Assembly: GCA_964016885.1 (NCBI GenBank)
Contig: OZ024740.1
Coordinates: 358,670,001 to 358,734,000, forward strand
Source: Eledone cirrhosa
Taxonomy: Eukaryota
Length of the DNA: 64,000 bases
Direction of reading: 5' to 3'
The notes beneath the pieces are model-generated. The model saw only the letters and a list, made by a program, of their open reading frames with translations. It was not told the origin of the DNA and did no database searches. Below, piece by piece: positions 25,519 to 41,399 of this stretch. Made by a program: the position numbers and the translations under genes. Position 1 is the stretch's first letter; each line of letters starts with the position of its first letter.

Positions 25519-25701
25519 TTAAATGATTGAAATTTTACCTTGCCTTCGGATTTTCATTTTGATACTTATACTCCGTTTTACATCATCTAGCTGTTCCCTT
25601 GAATGGAATTGGAGATATACAAAAGCGTGGAGAACTTAATATTGCTAACATAAAGTTATTGGACCATTTTACACAACCAATAATGCACCTTACTATATAA
25701 C

Positions 25702-25771
<70 letters not shown>

Positions 25772-25825
25772 CGTTTCTGAATTTGTTTAGCAAGATTCTT
25801 TATCTGAAATCGTGCGTTGAAACCG

Positions 25826-26475
<650 letters not shown>

Positions 26476-26656
26476 CAATATATTAATAAATGGAAACTAT
26501 ATTTATAAAACCGTATTTATTTTATTATACCTTAAAGGTTGGAGCTTCCTGGAGCTTCCATTTATTAATATATTGTGTATTTACTCCACTAAACTGTTGA
26601 GTGCTTTATATCACTTATAAAAATGTTTAAGCTTGTTGACCATTAAATATAACCTC

Positions 26657-26711
<55 letters not shown>

Positions 26712-26714
<3 letters not shown>

Positions 26715-29669
26715 GGTTTGAGGTTCACCACTGTATAGAGCTTGTCTATTCCGTATGGTCAATCGTAATGCAATAATATAGAATGTACTCAACGTAAGGC
26801 AGTTCAACCGTCTTTGTTTTTGTAGTTGGTAGTGCTATTACGGAGTTAAATATAATAATGAAATGACAGGAGGCTGGATTTGTGTAAATCCTTGAAACGT
26901 TTATTATACTATGATCATTTCAATGACCGGGTTCCGTATGAATCCGGTGATATCATCAGGTATTCGAAATATAATACGTGAATGTAATAGATAAAATCCA
27001 TCGGGCTGAAAATCGAGGACCCGAGGGCGACCGCTATTCTGCTCCTTCAACGTCAGCCGGTCGCCCTCGAGTGACGTGACTAAAATTTACAGTGTGCTAC
27101 TATCGATCAGATAAACGAAAACAGAAAGAGATGGGAACATAAGTTAGCGTCAATCTCATGCCACAAGATAAAAGAAAGAAAGAAAGGAAGGAGAGAGAAG
27201 AAGGATGAAGGAAGAAGAAGAGAAGCCAGGGTTAATGTCAGCTATAAGAAGAAAGACAACTACTACCGGTCAGATATAGGCAAACAAAAGGGGGAAGGAA
27301 GATAAGTCTGCGGGAGGAAGACAAGAAGAGGGGAGAAGAAAAGGAAGGGAAGAGAGAAGTAAAAAAGTAAGGGTTGATGGCTACAAGAAGGAAGATAGAA
27401 AGAAAGAGGAAGAAAGGTCAATATTAATGTCAGACCACAGTCAGGCCAGGAGTGGCGCGAGAAAATGTTCACAGGGACCCGCATCTTAGCAGAGGTGAAT
27501 ATATTGGGTGTCAGTGTGTTACAATGTTTCGACTTATAGGATGAAGTTAAAAAATTAATAATCAATATTCAATATTAAGGAGGTTAGAAAATTTAAAGTT
27601 AAACAGTTTAACATTTTCAGGTTGATATATCTAATAGTTCCGATTTGATCTGTAATTTAAAGGTACTATGTGGCGGTTAAAACACCGGTCGCGCTTCGGG
27701 CCCTAGGGCGAATTAAGCAACGCCGAGTATTTTCATTTACCGAAAGAAGGGGAAATTTATTTTCCAAGCACTCCAGGTAAGCCCGTGCGCCAGGGGACTG
27801 GTCGCGCCGCCATTAAAACCCACCCAACAGTCCGACAGAAAGTTGGAACCCTAAAATATTGCTTAACTTTATAGGATGAAGTTGAAATAATTCATAATAA
27901 CATTATAAAATTAAAGAGTAAGAAGATTGAGAATTGAACAAACAGAAAATTGAAAATTATAATGTGTGAGCGGAATATTGAACGTTACGTTTTTGTTTAG
28001 ACTTATAGGGTGAAGTTAAAAAATTAATAATCAATATTCAATATTAAAGAGGTTGGAAAATTTAAAGTTCAACAGTTTAACATTTTCAGGTTGATATATC
28101 TAATAGTTCCGATTTGTTCTGTAATTTAAAGGTACTATGTGGCGGTTAAAACACCGGCCGCGCTTCGGGCCCTAGGTCGAATTAAGCTACGCCAAGTATT
28201 TTCATTTACCGAAAGAAGGGGAAATTTATTTTTCCAAGCACTCCAGGTAAGCCCGTGCGCCAGGGGGCTGGTCGCGCCACCATTAAAACCCACCCAACAG
28301 TCCGACAGAAAGTTGGAACCCTAAAATCTATACATCCATGTATTTTTACTTCCCTTATTCGGACTTTTACTCGCGTGTACCCTTAGCACATGACACAGGA
28401 TTGTCTCCCCCCGGGAACATAAATACTGCAACCTGAACTATATTGTAATTCTCCTGTCTTGATTTCTCCATCTTACTCCAACACCACTCTTGTTGGCTTA
28501 TTTACATATTTATACCTATATATTGATATGTTTATATATTTATACCTTTGCTTTACCAATGTGCTCTTCCACGTATTCCACTTCTATGTATTTCTACTCC
28601 TCACATTGGGACTTTCGCTCACTTGTACCCATTAGCACACGACACTAGAATGTCTCCTCCTGAGAACAAAATTAAATATTACACGACTATATCCCGTACT
28701 CTACATCCCACTAGGATAAATTACAGATCTACATAATACAATTAACGTTTCTTCATAAAAGACTCTCTTTAATTAAACCCCGCAACCCAAAACCTCATAG
28801 AAGTTCTTTAAATCTTCAATTTTCTGTTTGTTTAATTCTCAATCTTCTTACTCCTTAATTTTATAATGTTATTTTGAATTCTTTCAAGTTCATCCGATAA
28901 AGTTGAGCAATATTTTAAGGTTCCAACTTTCTGTTGGACTGTCTAACCTCCTTAATATTGAATATTGATTATTCATTTTTTAACTTCATCCTATAAGTCT
29001 AAACATTGTAACACACTGACTCCCAATATATTCACCTCTGCTAAGATGCGGGTCCCTGTGAACATTTACTCGCGCCACTCCTGGCCTGACTGTGGTCTGA
29101 CATTAATATCGACCTTTCTTCCTCTTTCTTTCTATCTTCCTTCTTGTAGCCATCAACCCTTACTTTTCTACTTCTCTCTTCCCTTCCTTCTCTTCTCCCC
29201 CCTTCCTGTCTTCCTCCCGCAGACTTATCTTCCTTCCCCCTTTTGTTTGCCTATATCTGACCGGTAGTAGTTGTCTTTCTTCTTATAGCTGACATTAACC
29301 CTGGCTTCTCTTCTTCTTCCTTTCCCCTTCTTCTCTCTCCTTCCTTTCTTTTATCTTGTGGCATGAGATTGACGCTAACTTATGTTCCCATCTCTTTCTG
29401 TTTTCGTTTATCTGACCGGTAGTAGCACACTGTAAATTTTAGTCACGTCACTCGAGGGCGACCGGCTGACGTTGAAGGAGCAGAATAGCGGTCGTCCTCG
29501 GGTCCTCGATTTTCAGCCCCATGGATTTTATCTATTACATTCACGTATTATATTTCGAATACCTGAGATGATATCCCCGGATTCATACGGAACCCGGTCA
29601 TTGAAATGATCATAGTATAATAAACCTTTCAAGGATTTACACAAATCCAGCCTCCTGTCATTTCATTAT
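26712..29669 (-). mobile_element. ORF-less PLE-type element with ~730+125 bp inverted arms
   Basis: 26855-27588 pairs with 28942-29669 and 27828-27953 with 28815-28941; internal direct repeat 27530-27856 / 28000-28326; HHR motif in each arm. Confidence 0.75.
26906..26963 (-). ncRNA. Type I hammerhead ribozyme
   Basis: ATAC-CTGATGA-stem II (CCGG..CCGG)-GAAAT(GATC)ATA-GTAT; the mirror copy at 29560-29617 has a 2-nt core insertion. Confidence 0.78.
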
Positions 29670-29674
29670 AATAT

Positions 29675-29741
<67 letters not shown>

Positions 29742-29787
29742 GTGTGTGTGCGTGTGCGTGTGTGTGTGTGTGTGTATATATATATGT

Positions 29788-31167
<1,380 letters not shown>

Positions 31168-31219
31168 TATATATATATATATATATATTCCAACTCGTGT
31201 GCTCCTTCACCACATTTTA

Positions 31220-31285
<66 letters not shown>

Positions 31286-31334
31286 TGACGTAAAATAAGA
31301 AAATTATAAAAATTAACTTACTTACTAAAATTTC

Positions 31335-31417
31335 ACTCCAACTAATTAGTTTCTGAAAGGGAATAAACATGGTTTCCAAATCGAAAGCATGGAGAAGCCG
31401 TTTCATCATCAGGAAGT
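31335..31417 (-). ncRNA. Type I hammerhead ribozyme with extended stem II
   Basis: ACTTC-CTGATGA-TGAAA...TTTCA-GAAAC(TAATTA)GTT-GGAGT. Confidence 0.75.
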
Positions 31418-31510
31418 CTGTTCTCAGCTAAGATACCTGGCGATGCGTGGACACAGGGAACTTATACAAAAATAATTCAGTGGATAGAAAAAGCAAGCGT
31501 GGACTAAATT

Positions 31511-31625
<115 letters not shown>

Positions 31626-31718
31626 TATACATAAATATCTCTCTCTATATATATATATACACACACATATATATATATGTATATATATACATAAATATCT
31701 CTCTCTCTATATATATAT

Positions 31719-31763
<45 letters not shown>

Positions 31764-31786
31764 TATATACATACATCTATATATAT

Positions 31787-32099
<313 letters not shown>

Positions 32100-32204
32100 C
32101 ATATATATATATATATATTAGTTAGATAGATAGATATGTATCATATAATACAAAATGACAAACACAGAGATACAAAAACAATTACTGTTATTAGGTTCAC
32201 ATTA

Positions 32205-32395
32205 AGGCGGTGGATTGGCAGTATCGGTAGAAGGTCGGCCGCCATGCTTTGCAGCATAGAGTTACCTCCCTTCATGGTCTGAGTTCAAATCCCGCCGACG
32301 TTAACTTTGCCTTTCATCCTTACGGGCTCAATAAAATAAAACACCAGTAATGCACTGGTGTAATTGCTGGCCTTGTGCCAAAGGTAGAAGCAATT
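32205..32395 (+). mobile_element. Family-1 SINE
   Basis: A and B boxes, conserved core and tail. Confidence 0.92.
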
Positions 32396-32399
32396 AGGT

Positions 32400-33240
32400 T
32401 CACATTTTGAAAGAGAAAAGAAATCCAAGGTATCTGACGTCAGTCTTTCGTCGGCAGAGAACAATAGTAGATTACTTAGAAAATAGAAAAAAAAAGATAT
32501 GTGAGTGTTTTGTTGTTTTAAATTTTTGTGTGCATCAGCGAGTATATTGGTGGAATTGTATTTACATTGTTCGTGATGGTGTCTAAGTGTGTCTGGCTGT
32601 ATTAATGTTGTATGTGTCTGGTTTGTCTGTGTAGGAATCAAACATAAAGGAAATTACTAGTGACGTATATTCATTATGTATCCGTGCATTACAAAGAAGT
32701 TGAAATAAACAAAATAGCAGCCACACTATACAACGCTAAGTGAGAAATGTGCGTGTATGTGTGCGTTTCTACGTGCATGTTTATTAATGTGTGTTAAATT
32801 TTGGTGTTGCATGTGTACTCTATCCCAGTGTGTGTATATGTGTGTATGTGTGTGTGTGTATTTCCTATACTGCAGCAATGGTGTATCCGTGTAAGTGTAA
32901 GTGTGGATTAAGGAGGGCACTGGATGCAGTGGAAAGAGCAGATTAAGGGAAGAGGGCGATGCATTTAAGCCATGGAGGGAAGATGTATTTTTAAAGAATA
33001 AAAGACTCTGTTCTCCCTGGCGGTGCGTGTCGGGAGTCCGGTGCAGGAAGCGAGCCCAACCACGGTAATCTGACGAGTGGAATGATCGGCAGTGCGGAAA
33101 TGTTGGGCCAACAAGTATGGGCTGCCGACTCGGATGTACCACATATGCTCAGTGAATCTGTCAGCCAGTCAACAAGTAGCCGATGGTAAGTCTGACCAAT
33201 GTATATGGCCTGGCATAGCGTGCATCGGATATTTGTTTTT
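32400..33240 (-). mobile_element. PLE 3' fragment (GIY-YIG + 3' region + degenerate HHR at ~32420-32455)
   Basis: IRCTLCQAIYIGQT...DRFTEH...LAQHF...HGLN across frameshifts. Confidence 0.75.
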
Positions 33241-33724
33241 CATTGTCTTAGTCATGAGCGCCCCCTAAACATACGAGCCTTTTTTTACAACTATCATAAA
33301 AAAGACATCACACGCCCGGTCTGTTTTCCTCTATTCTCCCTTCTTACTTTTTCTACGCCTCAGTGTCATTCTTCTGTCTGCACTTGAATACAGTCCTTCT
33401 TATTCATACTATTTTAATATTTCTCTCCTTTCTAGATTTTTTCTCCTTTGGCTAAGCCATCACACACCGTTCTCTCTCTTCTTTGTCAGTTGACACACTT
33501 GGGGTATATTATCTTCTATATTTGTGCAATTTAAAGGCATAACTTTTTCCATTGTCTTTGTCCTGTGAGCCTCCCATTTTCAATATATATATATATATGT
33601 ATAGGAAAATGTATGACCCAGACGGCAGAGCTCAAGCCGTTTTGACGGCTATTTTTGGACTACCCTAAGTATTGAGTACTCTGGTGCGTTATAGTCCATC
33701 TGGTTCCTTACCACAACTTCTACG

Positions 33725-33867
<143 letters not shown>

Positions 33868-34073
33868 TGTATATATATATTCTTAATTACATTCTAAACG
33901 ATGTGTATGAAGAAATAAAACCTTGCTAGTGTTTTAGTCAAAAGACTTTCATCAGTGAAACTGTATAAAATCTTTCCACGCCGAAAGTTTTTACCGTTGC
34001 TAATGGTCGAATATATAAAAGTTGAAGTTTGAACATGTACACACAGACACAGACACAGACACAGGCATAGACA

Positions 34074-34152
<79 letters not shown>

Positions 34153-34154
34153 AC

Positions 34155-34205
<51 letters not shown>

Positions 34206-34289
34206 AAAGGTAAACAGAAATAACAACACAATCGGTACAGTATATGGAAGGGATATATTAGTTTAACGCTTGATATAGCAGGAAGAGGG

Positions 34290-34323
34290 TTTTAACGTTT
34301 CGGACGCTAGTCTTTCATCAGAA
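34290..34323 (-). ncRNA. Minimal type I hammerhead ribozyme
   Basis: TT-CTGATGA-AAGAC(TAGC)GTCC-GAAACGTTA-AA; palindromic AACGTT stem III; stem I only 2 bp. Confidence 0.6.
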
Positions 34324-34599
34324 GAAAGAATGAGAAATATGATAGATTGAAGGGACAGGCGGGTTGCAATTTGAAAAAATGTATTTAGATAAAAATAACA
34401 GGTCCCTTCATGTTGACATCTCTTGGAAAACTCTTGATGCTGGCGTTTTGATTCAAGCATTTATTCTGTAGTGACTACAGATACACTACTTATCTTCAGA
34501 AAGAGGTAGGCCATGAAACCGCTTGGTAATGTAAAGAAAAGTCAAACAATTCCACATTGCGTTGGCTCTTCTTTTCTTTTGTTTATCGTACATTTTGTT

Positions 34600-35434
34600 T
34601 ATCGCATGATAAAGCCTTATTTAGTAGGTTAGGCGTAATGGAAGAGTAATAGCTTGTTATGTCCATCTGGATTAATTTATGGTTTTTCTTATCATCTATA
34701 TTTTTATACCATTAAATCACTTCGTTTGTATCATTCCACGAGCTCAATTTAGACCTCAATTTCAAAATAGGTAGAATTCTATCAATAATATTTTTACTGA
34801 TTACTCCAATATCCGATTTGGATGGAGCAATTAGTCTAACTGGCAGGTCTTCCTCAAAGTTTCTTTTGTGATCTTTAAAATTGATCCTCGGCTGTTTAGG
34901 TATAAGAGGCTTGGTTCTTCCTTCAATTCCTAACTTTGCAATTAATTTATATGCTTCATTATTGATGTCTGTAAGATCTTCAGCTGGGGCTTTTTTATAA
35001 GTTTTCCTTAGTTCTTTTAAAATCAAATCCTTATATTCTTCTTTATTTATCCCATATAAATTATTTGTTTTGTCAGATTTTACCAATATTTTATTACATT
35101 TTTTTATTTCCGAGATTTTTTCTTTTAAAGTTCTAAGGTATTGGTGACTCATATATGGGTCTTTCCTGAATTTAATTTTCTTAAGTATACCGAGTATTTC
35201 AGTTTCAAAATCCTCCAGGAGTTTGTTTTATGGAGGATTCTTTCTGGATTTAAATATAGTTTCGAAATAATTGCTGTTGGTTTTTCTTTTAGCTTCTTTA
35301 TTATCGAAATGAAATGCTTGCCATCTCACTCTTCTTATAAAAGAGTTTGTTTTTTCAATAAGTTTCCTCATGTATTCCTCATTAGATGGTATAGGTATAT
35401 CCTTGAGGGATGTCGGGAAGGTGAAGAATTCCAT
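34600..35434 (-). pseudogene. Penelope-like reverse transcriptase N-terminal half, disrupted
   Basis: SLKDIPIP...LIEKTNSFIRRVRWQAFHF; VKSDKTNNLY; INFKDHKRNF...RLIAPSKSDIGVISK; MDITSYYSSI. Confidence 0.85.
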
Positions 35435-35640
35435 AATTTATTAAATATGCAATCTATTGTAGAGATAAGCACTCAACCTGCTGGGAGCTATATATATTTA
35501 AAAGTTAAACAAGGTTCAATGAATACATCAAAGAATGAGTTTTACAATAGATTGGAAGCACTCAACTGAAAAAAAGGTTTTACAGAGTTATTAATATTAA
35601 TTCAAAATATTAACAAAATAGATATTCTTGTGATCAATTA

Positions 35641-35707
35641 TATTTTATTATACATATTTCAGAGGTACTGAGTTAAGTTCAACAGTACGTCCTCATCAGA
35701 TAAAATA
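35641..35707 (-). ncRNA. Type I hammerhead ribozyme upstream of the PLE ORF
   Basis: TATTTTAT-CTGATGA-GGACGTACTG..CAGTACCTCT-GAAAT(ATGT)ATA-ATAAAATA; 8-bp stem I. Confidence 0.82.
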
Positions 35708-36550
35708 AAATGATGCATCACTTACCCTGACATAGTAGATGGTTAAGATTCAGTCATGGTAGTGATTAACATATGATAAAACTCAATATTTATACCCTAA
35801 TATTGAGAACATGAGAAAAATATATAATACAAACAATAGAGAGGGTGCGTGTAATACAGCTCAAAAAATATATGGCTTCAATATAACAGTTAAACATTTT
35901 TTTTTTAAACTACTAAAGAAAGAGGAAAGAAAGGAAAGCATAGAGGAAGAAACAGCTGATGTGATAATATATTTAGTGGGTGGCTCGAAAAATAAATGAA
36001 AGATGATTAAAAAGAGAGAGAGACAAAGGGGAGTAATTTATGTTCAAGTTTATGGACAATTTTCCATATATGCAATATATATCCAAATTTATTTAGTTGA
36101 CCGTTACTATTCAAAATATTCAATCTAAGTTATTTAAGAGTAATGAGTTATATTTTAGGTTTTAAAAGTTAATAGGTATGTGTATTAATATTATATTATA
36201 CTATCAAGTTAAATTTCTAAAATTCAAATTTTTTTTAAAACAATTTAAAGGATTTACGAAACACGAGAAAGAAAATATATAATGCTTTTATACCCTCACG
36301 AAGGTAATCTTTACCAAAATTATTTATAATATTGACAACAGTTTATATAATATAATTTATAAAATAATTATAGTTATAATTATTAAAGAATTTATGATTA
36401 AATAGTTTGAGTGCCTAAAGGATCAACCGGCCTTATAATTAAACTTAAAGAAATCTGAATTGTTAATTATATATATGCGTTAATCAAAAAATATACAAGA
36501 GTTATAATGTCTAAAAGCTTAAGGCGATCCCTTTCAAATATATATAATAT

Positions 36551-36731
36551 AATTGTTTCTACTTTAGGCACAAGGCCAGCAATTATCCAGTACATTACTG
36601 GTACTTTATTTTATCGACCCTTAAGGATGAAAGGCAAAGTCAACCTCGGCGGGATTTGAACTCAGATCGTAAAGGGACGTAACTATGCTGGAAAGCATGG
36701 CCTCCGACCCTCTACCGATACTGCCAATCCA
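36551..36731 (-). mobile_element. Family-1 SINE
   Basis: conserved core and tRNA head. Confidence 0.9.
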
Positions 36732-36794
36732 AATACAATAATATAATATATATATATATGGGAGGTGAGCGTGTATGTGTGTGTATGTGTGTGT

Positions 36795-36861
<67 letters not shown>

Positions 36862-39800
36862 TTTAAGATGGTAGTTAAGTGTTAGAAATCTTAGTCACTA
36901 TTTAGATAAACAGAAAGCTCTACCAAATCATATTAAATAGGGTTTCTGGCTTGATTGTCAATTATTCACCTAAATGAACATAATTATTATCTCATAGTGA
37001 TTTCTCTGTTACAAACTGATTTGTCCGAATCACATAATTTAAAGAAAATTGAAAATTCCGTGGTTGGTTTGAAATAGCCTGAAGATAGACCAGGAAGATT
37101 TCACCCAAAATATATGTATATTAACTACCAAATAGTTAATGTATATGTGTATCAGAGGCCTTTTTATATAACTAATAATAGATTTATTTTAACATCACAT
37201 GGCCTTTTAAGTTTGTGATTATCCCCTTATCCATTCGTAACTAAACATTGGTTCGAAGTTGTGTATGATGAAATAAAATAACATTATAATATAACGTTAC
37301 GCCTATTTTTCTCTTTTTTCTAGATTATTAAAAGATTGTATATTTTTTACTGATCATATTAAATCTATAAATAAAACTATCAACAATATGTGGATGCAAC
37401 TAAATGTAATCTCGTGGAGGATAAAGTTACAGACAAAATACTTAAATCTCATATAAAGTCTGATATGGTTTTTATTGGAAAATTATAATTTCAATAAAAG
37501 TGTTATTCATTTCAATGCGTAGATATATAACATGTACTATATATAAAAACAAAAAGATAATATTTGTACTTTCCCAACTTATATTCTATCAAGTATTTCA
37601 TTCTCTCGGTTTCTCTGTTTAATCTACGGAAATGACTTTTTTTGTATTGAATTTCTCTGAAGGAAAGATCTATGCTCATGGGCTTTGCTTCCCCCAAGAC
37701 CAGTTAGATGCACTTTGTATAGTTGACTACCATCGATAAATTTTACTTTACAGATAGTAAATATTTCAAACAGCACATTATAAAATGCGAAATGTATTGA
37801 TGGAAGAATCTGACATAAAAGTACGTTACTTTTGTCTTGCTGACGGATGGCTGCTATGACCACTGCAAGCACACAGAAACTGATGAGATTGAAGCAGTTG
37901 ATAAACATTTTGAAAAGTTTTAATTCGAAGACTGCAGGAAAAAGTGTGATGTGGATGAAATTCTATTGAACATGTATGATATTGAAGTGTTCAGTGCCGC
38001 TTTTAGCCACTAAAGAAGGGGAGAAATAAGAGGAGGTGTTCAAGATGTATGTCCCTGTAAGGAGTTAGTATGCAATTAACTATTCAGAGAGGTATTGGCA
38101 ATTATCAGAAGTGAAAGAATGGGCAGGCACTGAACACAGAGAATCTGTGAACCAGGAATTGTAGATTTATTGGTGAGTGAATATTTGCCAATTAGCAGAG
38201 TAACCTTTTGATGCTAGAATGTTTGTGTGCATAACAACAGTGCTTAGATGTTGTTTCAGTTAATTTAACTTTAGCTCTGTAAAGGGTAATAAAACGGTCA
38301 GGTTTGTAGTATTGTCTTAGCTCTGAGGAGGAAATATTAGTTTATATGATGCAGATTTTGTCATATTGTGTCAGTAAGATTGCCAGGAAAGATAATAAGA
38401 GATTATGAAAACTAGAATTTGTCGCGATATTGAGCGTTTCTTTTGCGTGTTGTCCAATCAATGGTCTCACTAGGCAAGAGTAATCAGGGACATTTATGGA
38501 GCTGACAGAGGCCTTGCCACGTATCACAAAAATTTATTTTAATATGATCTCTTATGTATCCCATTCAATCCAATTTTTTCTCGAAGTATTTCCATAGAAG
38601 ACGTCGCTAATGTACTTTCTTTGATTGGATGTGCCGTAAGTATGCTAGTACTTCGTCGTCTGCTTCCTCTATTTTGAGTAAATACATTTTTCTGTATTTC
38701 TAAATTTCTTCATTTTCAGTATAAAATAAGTCATTTTTCTAATGTCCAGCAAACTCGTTAAATAAACTTTGCTGCAGCCTGTCATTCATTTCTAATTAGC
38801 TTCATCAGGATGTGAACATATTTTACTGTTAGCATTGTTACGTTACTTTGTTGGCATTTTATAACTCATTCCTGCATCATTTATTTGCAGCATGATTTTT
38901 CTTTTTGTGTGTTAGTTTCTCATATTATCATATACAGTGAAGGCATGTCTATTGACACCATCTAAACATGAGGATGCACCAGTGTTTGCCGGCTGGAAAC
39001 AAATATGGTTACGTCTTTTTGATTTCTTCTATTATATAGGCTTGTTCTATGTCATGTTTCTAATTTACATTATCCTGTTCTTTTTGTTATAGTTTACTTT
39101 AGGCGTGCGGGACTACATAAAACTATTAATATATTTGAAATACAAAATATCTTAAAGAGTTAGCTTCTGCAAAATTCGAACTAATTTTATAATGATTCTG
39201 ATTACACAATACCAAACACTGATGGAGGTCAACACCAAAAGAATTCAGCACCGATAATATGCTTTACAGAAGTGATTTGTCGTAAAACACAGAAGCTGTG
39301 CGATGTACCATAAATTCTTCACATATAGGATTCTCAAAAATGTAAAGCAAAATGAAATGAAAGCTGTTAAGATTTCGAATGCTCTTTATTTAATCCATAA
39401 TTAGTGCGTGAAAAAGCCGGATACAGATTCTTTGATTAGTGATATTAAATGAAATGGAATTTGTTCTGAATGTCATAATGTATTGCCCTGATAAATGATG
39501 TGACCGAATTAAGATCAGCAAAGTATTCTCTCTACCATGCAATTCTTTTCAGAGAAAAGTACCTAAGATGAAGTTCCTCATAACATATGTGTATGAAGGG
39601 CTTGTTATTACGAAGTGGGAGGATGGTCTGTCAGAATAATATATTTACCGATTCTGCTGTTACACTGTATCTGTTTATATCGAGAGTGCTAAAAGGAAGA
39701 TGCATTTTCGATCCAAGCTCTTAAGTGGCATATCAAACACTAGAGTATATCAACCTTGTCTTTCTCCCTTAATCCAGATAAACATAACAGCACGTACACC

Positions 39801-41007
39801 TCCAGTATGGTCATCATGAATAGACGAGAATAAAACTATTCAAGGAGTCATTCAACCTGCGTGAAATTAAATCCGAATCTCCTTAAAATCACACCTTCAA
39901 TCTCATAAAAGGAAAGACACAATGGAATGTGTATTGCTTGATAGAAATAAAGAAAAGATGGTTAAAGCTGGAATGTTTTTTGTCTTAGATCCTTGCCTCA
40001 AGGCTGAGTTGGGCAAAATAGAATCAACATGAATACGCGAGAGGAAATAGCTTGGACAGTGGAGAGAATGCATGTCTAGAGTGTCCCAATACGGATCGTG
40101 TAAGTGTGCATTGCTAATACACATTCACACACATATCTAATAGTGCCTTATATTAAACAATGTTCTGACACTCTTCACTTCCCCGATACATATCAATCAA
40201 TACATATCACTTAATGACAGAAAATTACTTTCATAACCTTCATGATAACCCTGTGTAATTGCTCCAACGAAGAGAGAATTAATATTAACGGGAATTATCA
40301 AAAGGACAGTGCACCCACTTTATAACATTGTACTACATCAAAACAATTCTAGACGTATAAATAAAGAACACTTCCTTGTAAATAATAAAACAGTTTGCAC
40401 AACAACCGGACCACACAGACATTTCTCATTAAATTAAGGCAATACCAACTATCACATATTACATATATGTGTGTGCGTATCGTTTGCAAGCGCGTGAGTA
40501 TGTTTGTGAATGCATGTGTTTCTGTACATATGCATATCGTCACTGACAGAAAATATCACACCACTCACGCATAACAATAATACACATATAAACTAGTTGG
40601 TTTATTTACAAATAAATCACTGGATTTCGACAAAAAAAGTGTTTCTGTTCTTCATAATCAAAGTCTTTATCAGAATAGAACTACTTTTGAAAATGAATAT
40701 ATATTTTTCCTATGCGGTTGGCTTTCTTTTGATCTGACAAAAACATTTTCAATTTTAAACAAAATCCCGGAAGCATACACTTTCAAATGAACTGAACTAA
40801 TGATTGATAGTATATACGAGTGAATCACCTCCAATAATGGGTAACACCTGACATCATCAAACTTAGGTATTTTATGAAAATATATGTCTGATGACCTTGC
40901 ATTACATAATATATATATACGCACACACACGCAAACACACTCATACATAAATATATTTATGAAAATGTATGCCCAATTAGCATGCTGTAAATAATACATA
41001 CTTACAT

Positions 41008-41153
41008 CTTGAGTTTAAATCTCACCGAGGTCAACTCTGCCTTTAATCCTTCCGGGGTCGATAAAAAAAGCACCAGTAAAGTATTAACGGTTGATTTAAT
41101 CGTCTTTACTTCCCCGTAAATTGCTGGCATTGCGCCCAAATTATAAATCATTA
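41008..41153 (+). mobile_element. Older, partial family-1-related SINE
   Basis: GCCTTTAATCCTTCCGGGGTCGATAAAA core. Confidence 0.75.
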
Positions 41154-41399
41154 TTCATCGAAAGCTGATCGTTCAGCTCTCGTCTGCTTAAAGATTCTTG
41201 CTTTCATGCTTTCATTCAAGCATTTTTCAAGCGATGGACGGAATTAAAGTCTAAGAATTATATATTTTATTTAGAAAATCGTATAAATCGATACTCTGAT
41301 GGTTTCGATAGTGAGTCTTCCAGTTTTTTTATCAACTGAATGACATACTCCTCTTAGTATTAAACAGAAAGAGAATTTCACGCTTATCTTCTAATCTAG

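Larger units (their letters stand above)
23859..25704 (+). mobile_element. ORF-less PLE-type element bounded by ~220-bp inverted repeats (23859-24074 / 25336-25564)
   Basis: arms are near-identical reverse complements, each with an HHR; (TA)n on both sides. Confidence 0.75.

Noticed and set aside
27263-29267. Pair of near-identical 100-aa ORFs as duplicated genes
   Set aside because: TTG starts and low-complexity pyrimidine-rich translation; a by-product of the inverted arms.
33070-33105. CTGACGA...GAAA on the plus strand
   Set aside because: It lies antisense within GIY-YIG coding sequence and has no convincing stems.
38780-38812. CTGATGA..GAAA on the minus strand
   Set aside because: No stem II or stem III pairing and no properly placed UH triplet.
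37700-38900. Faint LINE- or pogo-like coding traces
   Set aside because: Too decayed to assign by eye; needs a translated profile search.
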